Shown here one piece after another: positions 21,049 through 32,199 of a stretch of DNA of 64,000 nucleotides. A model generated the notes under the pieces. The model did no database searches, was not told where the DNA came from, and worked only from the letters and a program-made list of their open reading frames with translations. The DNA lies in the IMG/VR virus record IMGVR_UViG_3300032093_000099, positions 4,102 to 68,101 of that record, one strand, 5' to 3'. A program made the position numbers and the translations under genes. This stretch comes from a virus. Positions within the stretch are counted from its first letter, which is position 1; every line of letters begins with the position of its first letter.

Positions 21049-24000
21049 ATGGCTGAAACAAATAATAGTTTATCTACGGTACTTGCAGACTTCGTCAGAC
21101 TCCAGAACAATTCTTTGGAGACTCTGCAGCAGCTGCAGCAAGCAACCGTCTCTGTCGCTGAGACAGTCCAAATCGTAGTGAAAGAGGATGACGGAACTAC
21201 TTCTTCATACTCAATCCCATCATTTGGGTACTTAAAATCAAGCATTGATCGTATTGACAATACGATTGCCAAAATGCTTGGGTTCGATGGAAGTGATGCC
21301 TACATTCGTCAGCCGGACGGCACGTTTAAGAAAATCTATCAGTCTAAGACACCTGTCAATCCTAAGCCAATCGGTGAAGTAACAGTTCCTTCGACTTTCA
21401 TATCAGAGAACAACTGGTTCTTTGAGAACCTAATGAGCCCTGCTCTTAAAGTTAGCTTTGATGTGACAAGATATGTTCCTCAACAAGAATCCAAGATTTA
21501 TGTTAAGAGAATGATCTTAAACATATCGAATCAATCACAGCTAGAATTCTTTCAGAACAATGTACAAGGTAAGAACAATCTTGACTACGTTAAATTCCTG
21601 GTTGACTTGCAGAAGCAAGGTATCACATACTTCTTGGATGAAGGAGCGATCGACATGCCTCTATCAGTGGTAAGATACACTGGCAACTTCTTGCCAGTCA
21701 ATTACGAAGATAGGACTTACACCAATGCAGATGGCACCACATCGACAAAAAGATTCTACCTTTTCGACAAACTTACTTACACCGACAATCTTTCTCTTGC
21801 CGTTGATGGAATGACTCTTAAAGTTGGTGACCAACTTATCAAAGGAGAAACTATCTACGAAATCGTAGAGATTGACAACTCTACAAGATACATACGCGTG
21901 AGCAGAGTCAGCGGTCTTGAACCTATCTTGATAGGAGAGCCTGTTCAGTTTTATTCAGAGACATTCTCTCCAAAGTTGGCAAACGTTGGTATAGGTTTCA
22001 ATGAATACACTGCAGTGTTCTTTAGAACTATCAATGACGAAGCAAACTTGCTTTCAACTACTTGGTCTCCTGGAGTTGGTTTCTTTACCAATGACTTGAC
22101 CATAACTCTTTCAACCGGAACCACCACTCTTAAGAGTTACTATCAGTCATCGGTTCTTGACTTTGGAAACTATTTGCTGTCCAACGCAAGAAACGGAGGA
22201 ATATCAACATTTGACGGTTTAGTGCCTAACGCACCTGTGTTGGACATCAATAACTTTCAAGTAGTGCAGATTAACGATCACAAACTTGACCAAGCAGAGA
22301 TCGAATCAATCCGAAAGAAACAATCTGACAAAGTACAAATTCAGTCGGAAATAACAGAACTCGAAAAATCGATAGACCGCAAGAAGGAAGAAATCAATTC
22401 TAAGAAGTTCAACTCAGAAACCGACCGCAGAGCCGCTAAGAATCAGCTAGACACGCTGATCAGGGAAAAAACTTCAAAGTCTGCTCTGTACGCTTCTATC
22501 GTCGCTGATCTAAATTCAACAGCTCTTGCTGCGCCCGCGGCGCTTGACACACCTAAGTACAGACTTCGCGGATTCTTCCAGATTCCTAACCCAGTGACAA
22601 GCACGACGACTGGTCCTCAGAACGTAGTACAGTTTAAGACTTACTATCGTTACGTAAGACCCGACGGAAGCGCGACCGACATCAAGCAATTTGACTACAC
22701 CGATCCCAACGGTTCAAAGCAGAGAGCCACTTTTTCAAATCTAAATGAATACGTATCTCCGTTACGTAGTAAAATATACGATAGCAACACCGGTAAGTAC
22801 ATTTGGGCAACGGAAGACATAACTAACCCAGACGTAATTAACATCAACCAAATCGATATTCCTATTACAAAAGGTGAAAAGGTTGAGTTTTACGTGGTTT
22901 CGGTATCAGAAGCAGGATGGCCGAACAATCCTATCCTATCAAACCCATCAAATACAATATCGTTTGAATTTCCGAACGATCTTATTACCGAAGACGAGGC
23001 AACGATCGCACTACAGCAAGCATCACAAGAAAAAATCAGCGTTGATCTGCAAGCACAGCTCGCAGCCGAAGGTCTTGACGAGCACTTGTCTTCTTCGTTT
23101 ACGGCCAACGAAAGATACTATGCACACGATGCAGATGTTATATCGTCAAACTTTTACACACCAGACGGAAATGTAATTTCTCTTTACCAAAAGTTGAACG
23201 AACTACAGCTAAGAATTGAAGACCTAGAAAATCGTCTTAACAATGTCGCTGCTCCAGTATCAATCTTTTTGGTCGACAATCAAACGAACACAAAGATACC
23301 AGTACAGAACGGATCTTCTGTTACTCTCTTTGCTGGATATTACGCAGACCAGGTTGCTGCTTTGCCTTCAGCACAGCAAAGAGGCGCTGTCCTTACCAAG
23401 ACGTATTACTTATACCTTGAGAACGATAGCGCATCTCCCATCAAAATGATATCTAGGTTCCCTGGAGGATTTGGTCAAAGAGTTCCTTATAGCGGAACGG
23501 GATCAACAGGAGGTTCTATCACAGTAAACGATCCGGACTACAATAATTACAGAAAGTATGATTATGTTCCTATCGTAAACTTAGGAATAGGCGTTGATGA
23601 TACGAACAACGACAATCCTATTACTACATCTTTTTACCAGAGCGGTCAAATCTTAGGACAGTGTGTTTATAGCAGATATACCGATGTTGGATTGACAAAT
23701 CCTCTATACGGTCAGACAGGCCAAAGATCGTTTATACCTGACAGAGGGTTTACAGGAGTGTCGGTGGCTGGCGCAACTGCTTCTGGTGTATACGGAGCTA
23801 CCGCTCCTTGGGTATGGGACATTACAACTGCCGTTACTCCTGGAGTCACAGCCACAGGAAACGGCTATTTGTCAAACTTCTGTGTACACATACAACACCC
23901 AAGTCTAAACAATCTGACTTCAACGCAAACAATGAGCAGCTTGCAGCTACCAGCTGTATCACTTGACACAGACACTGGTCTTCCACAAGCACCGGAGGTC

Positions 24001-24663
24001 GTATCATCATTCTTACACTCTGCCTACTTTAATGTACCAGCACCTGCTAAGCTTACTTCAAACAATCCTCTTCAGCTATGTTACAAAGAGGACACTTTAA
24101 ATGTAACAGGTTCTGCTCCTTTCCCAGCAACATACACACCCACATCAATCAATGAGCTCCCGAACAAATTTGGTTTCGTTGAAGACGATCGTTACCTAGT
24201 AGGCTCACAGACAGTAGGTTCTTATTTATATCTTGGTCCTGCCCAGTTCAACCAACTTTTAGTGAACGGCGTAGACGCAAGAGCATTCAAAGCTATCGAG
24301 CCAGGATCTGACAACGCTATCGTAATACCGATTGTGTTCCAATACAGAATGACAGATTACTTCGGCCCTTGGATATCTTCTACGATTACAAGCGCAGCCG
24401 CGGGAGGCCTTGGTATTGTCGGGGGTTACGATCCTCAACGAGTAGGAACTTTAAGAAATCTAACTTACACTAAGAAAATAGGTATTGATGTCTACCAACA
24501 AGACGAGCCTATCTTTGCTTTTGACATACAAGTAAGCGCGACTTACAAGAAAGACAGCATCGCTCAGCTAGACTCACTATCTGTTCCTGAGGTTGCACAG
24601 AAAGTTGAGAACATATCTTTCACTAAAACAAGTGTTCGAACTCTACAAAACTCTACCGCATAA
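21049..24663 (+). CDS. putative structural protein
   Basis: 1204 aa; coiled coils plus beta-rich Thr/Ser/Gly regions. Confidence 0.55.
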   Translation: MAETNNSLSTVLADFVRLQNNSLETLQQLQQATVSVAETVQIVVKEDDGTTSSYSIPSFGYLKSSIDRIDNTIAKMLGFDGSDAYIRQPDGTFKKIYQSKTPVNPKPIGEVTVPSTFISENNWFFENLMSPALKVSFDVTRYVPQQESKIYVKRMILNISNQSQLEFFQNNVQGKNNLDYVKFLVDLQKQGITYFLDEGAIDMPLSVVRYTGNFLPVNYEDRTYTNADGTTSTKRFYLFDKLTYTDNLSLAVDGMTLKVGDQLIKGETIYEIVEIDNSTRYIRVSRVSGLEPILIGEPVQFYSETFSPKLANVGIGFNEYTAVFFRTINDEANLLSTTWSPGVGFFTNDLTITLSTGTTTLKSYYQSSVLDFGNYLLSNARNGGISTFDGLVPNAPVLDINNFQVVQINDHKLDQAEIESIRKKQSDKVQIQSEITELEKSIDRKKEEINSKKFNSETDRRAAKNQLDTLIREKTSKSALYASIVADLNSTALAAPAALDTPKYRLRGFFQIPNPVTSTTTGPQNVVQFKTYYRYVRPDGSATDIKQFDYTDPNGSKQRATFSNLNEYVSPLRSKIYDSNTGKYIWATEDITNPDVININQIDIPITKGEKVEFYVVSVSEAGWPNNPILSNPSNTISFEFPNDLITEDEATIALQQASQEKISVDLQAQLAAEGLDEHLSSSFTANERYYAHDADVISSNFYTPDGNVISLYQKLNELQLRIEDLENRLNNVAAPVSIFLVDNQTNTKIPVQNGSSVTLFAGYYADQVAALPSAQQRGAVLTKTYYLYLENDSASPIKMISRFPGGFGQRVPYSGTGSTGGSITVNDPDYNNYRKYDYVPIVNLGIGVDDTNNDNPITTSFYQSGQILGQCVYSRYTDVGLTNPLYGQTGQRSFIPDRGFTGVSVAGATASGVYGATAPWVWDITTAVTPGVTATGNGYLSNFCVHIQHPSLNNLTSTQTMSSLQLPAVSLDTDTGLPQAPEVVSSFLHSAYFNVPAPAKLTSNNPLQLCYKEDTLNVTGSAPFPATYTPTSINELPNKFGFVEDDRYLVGSQTVGSYLYLGPAQFNQLLVNGVDARAFKAIEPGSDNAIVIPIVFQYRMTDYFGPWISSTITSAAAGGLGIVGGYDPQRVGTLRNLTYTKKIGIDVYQQDEPIFAFDIQVSATYKKDSIAQLDSLSVPEVAQKVENISFTKTSVRTLQNSTA

Positions 24664-24678
24664 AACGAATAGGACATA

Positions 24679-27600
24679 ATGACAGGACCTAACTTTTACA
24701 AAATAGACTTTGAGAGAGAAGTAGTTTTACAAGGAAAATCGTCAACATTCATAACTATCAATAGGAATGACGATGTACTTGGCACAAACGAAAATCTTTA
24801 TGTAATGTTCTATCCAAACACTCGAACATTTGAGAGCGCAGGTGTGTTTGAAATATCACAGACATCCGCAATCGGAGGTGAGTGTGACTTTACATCGCAG
24901 GGATTTATTGATCTTGATCTTTCTTCAGTAAACACACTTTCGCTTAAGAACATAGGCGAAGGTCTGTACGTCAAGAACACCCAAGATTACATGCCGGACA
25001 GCGAGGGTCCTGTGACAGTCGAAAAAATCGACTATCTTAATACTTCGTCGGGCATTATTACAAAGGTCACTCTTGGTGGACCAACCGGTTCTTCGGAACC
25101 GTTCGTGGGCGCAACAGGTACCACTGCGACTAAGATATTAAACGTAGGATTCTATTCCGACGTCGATAAAAACAACTGGAAATTCAACACGGTACCTTTA
25201 AGTGAAATGGAGTCCACCTTGTATAGTGTGCCGGGAACGGGTTCAGCAAAAGACTACACAGAGTTTGAAAATCCTTTTGATGGATCAGTGTACGGAGCAA
25301 CAGGCGGAAGCGAAGGTGGTTTTACCGGCACTGGTTTTGTTTCAAGATCTTTAGACGGTTGGAGTTCGTCAAGCATTCTTTCTTCATCGTCTTCCCTAAA
25401 AGAAAACCGAGGAATCACATTTAGAATTGATTACGAAGGCAACCAAGATAGCCATCTAAAGCTGAACATGCTCATCTTTAGATATGATCCTACCGATCCT
25501 GCATATGGCTCTATCTCACAAGCTTTTCCTCTTTTGATTCCGCAAGGAATAACTGGCCCAAACAACCCATTTAGTTACGCTACTGAATTGTTTGGTTTCA
25601 AGTCAGGTTCGACGGGTGGTGATATTTCTGAAAACATAGACTATCAAGAACTACACTTATTTGGTTATACTGATACAACGGTCAGAACAACAAGAACTAC
25701 TTATCAGAACAACATAGAAAACGCAGTTGATCCGATATACGACGATCGTGCTTCATACGGTGTACTTAAGACAAATCCTAAAATCACAGGAAATGTTAAA
25801 TTAACCGTAGATTCCAAAGGGGAATTGACCATGAATTCTTTTGACGCAAATCCTTTGCTTGCTGATTCCAAATACAAAAGATTTCCCGTTAGTCCTGATT
25901 CTATGTACCAAAGAGACCTGTATAGTTTTTTCAAAAATACTCCAAATGAGCTTATATATGAACTATACCAGGTAGATGATCAATACCAAAACACAAAGAG
26001 AGATTACTATCAACAATATGACAATTTCTATAACTACGGTGTAGAACAATTGGCAAGTAAATTTTACGACGAAGATTTCACATTTCTTGCTCCTCTTTGG
26101 ATGAGAAAAGTTCTTCCTGACTATTTTGTGATATTCAGAGCAGATCATCCTGCTTCTCTCGCTTCTTACAACGGCTCTTCTTCTGATGAGCTGTTCAAAG
26201 AAGTGTTCAAAGACGCACGTATCATCAAGACGTTTGATATGCGAGAAACGTCAAAACTTGGTAAGTACATTAGAAAAATTGTAAACGACCCAAGATTTAT
26301 TGAAAGACCTATAGAAGTCAGTTTTGACCAAGATGTTCCTACTACATGGAACGGTATATCTTACAAAGACGGAACTATAACAGGCAAAGGAGAACTTTTA
26401 GGATCATTCTGGTCAGAAGATCGTCCTATCAAAGAATTGGAAGATTTCATAACAAGTGGTTTTGAAAGAAACGGTATCATAAGCACGAACTTAATCAACC
26501 TGGAATTTCTCTTTGATGATCCAGAAGCTTCTACGTATTCAATCAATAGATACTTTGGCATGTACGTAACAGAAGTACAGCTAGCAGAATTCGAACTTGC
26601 TTCTTCTGTACTAGGAAAGATCCCAGGTCAAACGCCGCCTCCCAAGCCAGGTGTTGACGGAGAACCTTATTCTACGAGAACTTTCGTTCAGTCAAACACA
26701 GGAGGAATACAGCTACCCATAGAATACTATCATAATACATCATATATCAACAACACATCGATCATTCCATTTTACCAAGGGACTGTCTTAGGTAAGTTTC
26801 CATTGCCAGCAATGGTCGATGATCCTCTTAGAATTTTCTACGTCAAAGATCGTGATGATGTGTTCAAAAGAGTCGTTGCTGAAACCGAAGTAGATTACGG
26901 ATTCACTGGTACCACAGAGTACAAGCGCGTTACGCAACTTAAATTATTCGACACGCAAGAAGACATAAGTAAGTATAGCGGTCCTGTGCAAATCATATCA
27001 CAGAGCGATACTACTTTATTGAACGAAGGTCAATCGCAGTTGGTCATACATCTGATAAATCAAGCGAACACTGGAAAAGTCATAGCTGATGAAGAAGTTC
27101 TAGAGATCAGTGTCAAAAATTACAACGATCCTGAAAGAGATTCTGATTATTACTTTCAAGTTTCCGCAGTCAGTGGCACAGCAACAACATTTACATACTT
27201 TCAAGACCAACAAGTAACGGAAGTAGCTTCTTCATTTACTCAGCCCGCGGTCGGAGGAACCGCGAGCGTTTCTTTTGTGAGTACACAGTCATTTACACAA
27301 GATGAAACTCTCTACATTGTCACGGGAGGGTATTACAAAATAGTTTCCGTATCCTCAACGACTTCTGCGATAATTAAGAATCTCGGTAACCCGGAAAACA
27401 CCGCGGCAGGCAACACAGTGTCAAGCTCAGCGCTGGTCGGATCTTTCCCAACCGGGATGGCCAAGTATACATACACTGCACTTGGGTATAAGTTAGACAT
27501 CGATAACAATGTATCTTTGGATCTTGAGCAAGGCTATTCAGGAAGCAGTTCCAACTATGCTTTACTTGATTCTTACAGAGCAATCATAACATACCCAGAA

Positions 27601-30600
27601 TTTAATCTGTCTGTATTGAATGGCACGAATGGTATCGACATTGATATAAAATCGCAATATACGCAATACAGGTGGAGAATGACCGCAAATCCTCTAGGAC
27701 TTTTGAAAGGCAAGGCTTGGTCTTTTCCTGTCGAAGATCCTAACGGATACGACTATATTTCTAACTTTAGCAACGAAGGTACCATCAAGGATGTAGTAGT
27801 CGCAATATCGAGTTGCATAAACTCGTTTGCGAACTCACCAGTAATTGCAACGCCAGACGGTGAAAAAATAGTACTTAAGTCAAAACTTAAACCTCTGGAC
27901 GGAAACACAATCGAGTTTTCGCGCTACATGGTCGATAGCAAAAGTTACATTAAGAACATCGGTTTTTACGAAGATGGAAATGCAATCGTCGACAAAAGCA
28001 TAAAGACTGTTGACATAGCTTCATACACATCTAGCGATGAATTGGATCTTACAATAACCAAAACTTCTGATGTCTTTGCCAAAACCAATTTCTTGGTTAA
28101 GATTCTAAAGACCAGCGGAGGAACAAACGTAATCATAAGATCCGGCATTGATGCCTCGTCAGCCTACACAGCTGAAAATACCGGAACTTATCAATCCTTT
28201 TTTACAACGAATAGCGTTTTCTCCGATTCCTCTATTCCTTTCACAGTCGGTCTGGACTCTGTGACAAGCGGGACCTATCAGAATTTTGTGATTGAATTGA
28301 CTATAGGAGGAGTAGTATCACAAAAACTGATTGGAGGGACCGCACGAAAAAGAGCAAGGGCAAAAATATCAACAGCAGACGGCGAAAGATACTATCAAGA
28401 CAGGCGTATCAACGTATCATCAACTCTTTTGACTGGAAGTTCTTCAGTGACAGTATCCGCCGTAGAAGGAATTTACGTAGGAGCACCGGTAGGCGGAGAA
28501 GGTATTCCATCAGGCACAAAAGTTTTGCAAGTATCAGATACTACGAATGTGATCGTGATTAGCAATTCTGCTACATCATCGGGCAATTTCACGCTAAACT
28601 TTGGTGAACTATCAATTCTAAACTCTTCATCTTTCTTACAGCAATGGTTCCAAACAGCAAAAAGTCAATTCTCAAGGCTACAACCTTGGAACGTCCAAGG
28701 CAAGTATGTGTATTCGCTGCCTTACTTAGAAGAACCTGTAGTTGATGCTAAGAACCTGGTATCTTCTTACAAAGATTCAGCATCTTATACAATCATTGAG
28801 ATTGAAAATGATAACCAAGAATTTTATCTGTCTGATGAAAATCGAATAGTTGCGTACCGTATGTTCAGACCAACTTTTGGTATGTTCTCAATGTTTCCTA
28901 TCAAAGAGTTTGATTTCGACTATTTCTTATCCGACTACTCATATTCCCCGGTTCTTGAAACTTTTCGTTACTTTTTCGACGAGACAATCCAACAAGGAGA
29001 ATACGTAGAGCTACCTACTGACGAAAACTTTGTTGTGGTTCCACAAATAACTGATCCAGCAGACAGCACAGGTGAAAGCAAGCTAAGCTGGACCGGTACT
29101 TACCAGTTCAACTTAGAAGGATACAACGAGCAATCGCAGACATGGAACACATTGTCCGAGGCACTGATCACTTCTACTTCATCGACAGCCGGTTTTGTGA
29201 TCAACACATACACACCTTTTTATAGGTACGATGAATACGAACATCCGCAAAGATACGATGATGACAGTTCTTACCTAATACGTGGTACTGGGTATAGAAA
29301 CTTTGAAAGATCCCTCATCACATCCAAAGATAACAACAAAGTTGTTTCTGCTATCGATGTTAAGAAATTTAGATTGAAGTATGTTGGTGGTACAGTAGGT
29401 GCTACGGCACTTCCTTACTTAAATGTTCAAAAGTCTGACTTCTCTCAAGACCAAGACATTCGTGAATTCGGAGGTTTCGTTGGTCTTACCGACATTCTAA
29501 ACCAAAATGATCAACAAGAAATTGCTATCTTGAAGGACAACGGAAAGTACGTTGAGTCGTACTTACGTCAACAGCTTCAGAGTGAATATGATCGTTTGCG
29601 CGAAAACTTTACGAAAGAATTTTCCACATTTTCAAGAGTGGTTCCTTACGTAAACAAATGGGTACAAGAAGGAACAGACGCAAGAGACAACTACTATCGT
29701 CTTAATACATCAAGAGCTTTTGGGATAACAAACTTTTCCCCTGACGATAGCGTAGACTTTGCCGAACCTATTATCTTATCACACGAATTTCCGTACCTTG
29801 ATACGGTTCCCAAAGACTATCCTGAAAGCAATGTAGGATCTTCGAGATCTTATATGTTTGCTAAACTATCTGACATTGCATCCAGCGGAAAGTCTTGGTA
29901 CGAACTTATCACCACAGACAATTCTAATGATTGGTTCTTAAAATACTTCGCAGTAGGATATCCTACCGAACTCGACTACTATGGTACCGCAATTCCTAAA
30001 CCTCGAGAAGAACGCTTTACGTTCTATACATTCAATCCTGGCCTAACAAGAGCACAGACACTGTTTAGAGGCGTAAAACTACAAGTGGTTGATATCGATG
30101 ATACTAAACAAGATCTACCAGAGATACCTTCTTCAACCAAATATGATCAGTATAAGTTTGCGGCAATTCAAAGAACAATTCCTTACAATTTTTATGAGTC
30201 TGAGTCTCCTATCGAAATAGAAGTAATCAAGAACGAAAAGTACAAGTCAATCTTACTAATAATAACAAGAAGGACTTATGATTACCGCATTCAGTCTGGT
30301 TTAAGCGACTACACATTTAGCTATGCAGCCATCGACAACTTAAAGAATAACGATCAGCAGCAGTACAAGTTTGATTCGGCAACTACCGGCATTACCGAGT
30401 TGCTAACATTCGCTCCTTATGGATCAACCGGCACTTCTTATACGGATCAAACAACATACAGACCAAGACAAGCGTTCTTTGGAGGAGGCTATCTCAAAGA
30501 AGGAGACCCTAAACTTAGTGGCGCGATTGATACAGCAACCAATTTGCCATCGTACAATTCTGGTTCAAAGTACGTAAACTTTAATTTCGTACCAGCTGAC

Positions 30601-32166
30601 AGTTTCTTCCCATTCGTGGCATCTGACGAGATCAATCCATTCGTCGAAAAGTATCCAATAGGTAATACTTCAACAACGTATCCTTTCTTATATGACTTTA
30701 ACAGCACTTACATAATTCCTAAATCTTTCAACAAAGAAAGTTTTCTAAATAAGATTCTATCGACCGGCTTTAACGATGCAAATTCCACTTATTACGTTTA
30801 TGACTTCACAGACACAAGAGCCGCTAGTGATTCGATTTTGATAGACAGTGCTGGATTCTCTTCTCCTTCTAGGTATCAGTACTTCAGAAACACAACAGGC
30901 GCCGTAAACACAAACGAAGGTCTTTACACATTCACATATCCACAAGGCGCGTATCCTTTCTTGACTCTTGAGTCTTTTAATATAGGAGGTGGGGTGAATT
31001 TCTACGAAAATTCTAAGAACCTCTTTACTTTCTCTAACATTAAGAAAAACATAAACTCAGACAATGGTCTGGTCAAATACTATGAAGTAACTGACTTAGG
31101 AAAAGTTACTACACAAGATTTCAAATTGCGAATAATAGCAGCAGATCAAATCAAAAAGACCGGTGTTTTGAATTACACCGTGGACCAAGATCGCCCGCCG
31201 GAGTATGCAAACACACCGGTTATTGGTTATGACCTCGTGAACACAAATCAAAACGAATTGGTAATTCGTCACCGTGGGTATTATGAACCAAAAGCAATGG
31301 ACATAATATCTTATTGGGTCAGAGAAGACGAAGAAGTTACTCGTCACTTTGCCAAAGATTTCATACTGTCAAACACAAGGATCAGTAGTCTTCCAAACTA
31401 TTCCGGTGTCATCAGGAATTACGGCATCAACAAAGTAGCTGCACAAGAAATCTTAAAGATAGTCGAAGGCTCCGCTTACAAAAGTGTGTATGAATTTATT
31501 CACGAGATTGCCATTGACCGCAAAGATGTTCAAGTTCTAAACAGCACATGGGATGCTGGTTACTTTAGAAGATATACTGACCTGGACATTTATGAAAACA
31601 TAGACGGATACGTCGAGACAAAAGAATTTAAGTCTTTCCTGGGATCTAAAGCAATGACGGTTCCTAAGTCTCTTGATGTACAAACGTTTACTGCAGAAGA
31701 AGCCAAGTTTGAAGTCTCTGAGCCTTCACAGAGTAACGGTCTAGTACCGCAGGTGAGTAGCACAAGACCTACGTTGACTGTTAATCTTACACTTGGCGAA
31801 AGACTTGTCAGGTTCTTAAAAGAGGGTATAGACAATTCTTCAAGCGATGAGTTTTCGTGGATGAATGATACATTAGGTCTTAATCTTACAGTAAGTGAAC
31901 TCGACACTTTGAAAGATTCTTATATCAGGGAAAACATATTACCTCTTTACGAAGTATCCGATGTGATTCTTTACGCAGTGCAGAAAGACGGAATACCTAT
32001 CTTCGTAAGCAACATAGATGAAGCGCAAAAATCAGCGGCCGGATATAGACAAGACAAAGATTGTGAAGTTTCCAAAAATTCTAATTTTGACTTTTTGGTC
32101 AGAAAAACACTAGATACAAAGAAATCGTACGGTTACACTGTGTCCGTCACATTCAAAAGGATCTAA
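24679..32166 (+). CDS. giant putative structural protein
   Basis: 2495 aa, beta-rich and Ser/Thr-rich. Confidence 0.55.
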   Translation: MTGPNFYKIDFEREVVLQGKSSTFITINRNDDVLGTNENLYVMFYPNTRTFESAGVFEISQTSAIGGECDFTSQGFIDLDLSSVNTLSLKNIGEGLYVKNTQDYMPDSEGPVTVEKIDYLNTSSGIITKVTLGGPTGSSEPFVGATGTTATKILNVGFYSDVDKNNWKFNTVPLSEMESTLYSVPGTGSAKDYTEFENPFDGSVYGATGGSEGGFTGTGFVSRSLDGWSSSSILSSSSSLKENRGITFRIDYEGNQDSHLKLNMLIFRYDPTDPAYGSISQAFPLLIPQGITGPNNPFSYATELFGFKSGSTGGDISENIDYQELHLFGYTDTTVRTTRTTYQNNIENAVDPIYDDRASYGVLKTNPKITGNVKLTVDSKGELTMNSFDANPLLADSKYKRFPVSPDSMYQRDLYSFFKNTPNELIYELYQVDDQYQNTKRDYYQQYDNFYNYGVEQLASKFYDEDFTFLAPLWMRKVLPDYFVIFRADHPASLASYNGSSSDELFKEVFKDARIIKTFDMRETSKLGKYIRKIVNDPRFIERPIEVSFDQDVPTTWNGISYKDGTITGKGELLGSFWSEDRPIKELEDFITSGFERNGIISTNLINLEFLFDDPEASTYSINRYFGMYVTEVQLAEFELASSVLGKIPGQTPPPKPGVDGEPYSTRTFVQSNTGGIQLPIEYYHNTSYINNTSIIPFYQGTVLGKFPLPAMVDDPLRIFYVKDRDDVFKRVVAETEVDYGFTGTTEYKRVTQLKLFDTQEDISKYSGPVQIISQSDTTLLNEGQSQLVIHLINQANTGKVIADEEVLEISVKNYNDPERDSDYYFQVSAVSGTATTFTYFQDQQVTEVASSFTQPAVGGTASVSFVSTQSFTQDETLYIVTGGYYKIVSVSSTTSAIIKNLGNPENTAAGNTVSSSALVGSFPTGMAKYTYTALGYKLDIDNNVSLDLEQGYSGSSSNYALLDSYRAIITYPEFNLSVLNGTNGIDIDIKSQYTQYRWRMTANPLGLLKGKAWSFPVEDPNGYDYISNFSNEGTIKDVVVAISSCINSFANSPVIATPDGEKIVLKSKLKPLDGNTIEFSRYMVDSKSYIKNIGFYEDGNAIVDKSIKTVDIASYTSSDELDLTITKTSDVFAKTNFLVKILKTSGGTNVIIRSGIDASSAYTAENTGTYQSFFTTNSVFSDSSIPFTVGLDSVTSGTYQNFVIELTIGGVVSQKLIGGTARKRARAKISTADGERYYQDRRINVSSTLLTGSSSVTVSAVEGIYVGAPVGGEGIPSGTKVLQVSDTTNVIVISNSATSSGNFTLNFGELSILNSSSFLQQWFQTAKSQFSRLQPWNVQGKYVYSLPYLEEPVVDAKNLVSSYKDSASYTIIEIENDNQEFYLSDENRIVAYRMFRPTFGMFSMFPIKEFDFDYFLSDYSYSPVLETFRYFFDETIQQGEYVELPTDENFVVVPQITDPADSTGESKLSWTGTYQFNLEGYNEQSQTWNTLSEALITSTSSTAGFVINTYTPFYRYDEYEHPQRYDDDSSYLIRGTGYRNFERSLITSKDNNKVVSAIDVKKFRLKYVGGTVGATALPYLNVQKSDFSQDQDIREFGGFVGLTDILNQNDQQEIAILKDNGKYVESYLRQQLQSEYDRLRENFTKEFSTFSRVVPYVNKWVQEGTDARDNYYRLNTSRAFGITNFSPDDSVDFAEPIILSHEFPYLDTVPKDYPESNVGSSRSYMFAKLSDIASSGKSWYELITTDNSNDWFLKYFAVGYPTELDYYGTAIPKPREERFTFYTFNPGLTRAQTLFRGVKLQVVDIDDTKQDLPEIPSSTKYDQYKFAAIQRTIPYNFYESESPIEIEVIKNEKYKSILLIITRRTYDYRIQSGLSDYTFSYAAIDNLKNNDQQQYKFDSATTGITELLTFAPYGSTGTSYTDQTTYRPRQAFFGGGYLKEGDPKLSGAIDTATNLPSYNSGSKYVNFNFVPADSFFPFVASDEINPFVEKYPIGNTSTTYPFLYDFNSTYIIPKSFNKESFLNKILSTGFNDANSTYYVYDFTDTRAASDSILIDSAGFSSPSRYQYFRNTTGAVNTNEGLYTFTYPQGAYPFLTLESFNIGGGVNFYENSKNLFTFSNIKKNINSDNGLVKYYEVTDLGKVTTQDFKLRIIAADQIKKTGVLNYTVDQDRPPEYANTPVIGYDLVNTNQNELVIRHRGYYEPKAMDIISYWVREDEEVTRHFAKDFILSNTRISSLPNYSGVIRNYGINKVAAQEILKIVEGSAYKSVYEFIHEIAIDRKDVQVLNSTWDAGYFRRYTDLDIYENIDGYVETKEFKSFLGSKAMTVPKSLDVQTFTAEEAKFEVSEPSQSNGLVPQVSSTRPTLTVNLTLGERLVRFLKEGIDNSSSDEFSWMNDTLGLNLTVSELDTLKDSYIRENILPLYEVSDVILYAVQKDGIPIFVSNIDEAQKSAAGYRQDKDCEVSKNSNFDFLVRKTLDTKKSYGYTVSVTFKRI

Positions 32167-32186
32167 GATATATAGAAAAAAGGCAG
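32166..32186 (+). promoter_or_regulatory. late-promoter-like element, 21-bp repeat copy 2
   Basis: Identical to 17967-17987. Confidence 0.7.
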
Positions 32187-32199
32187 TAAAATACCAAAG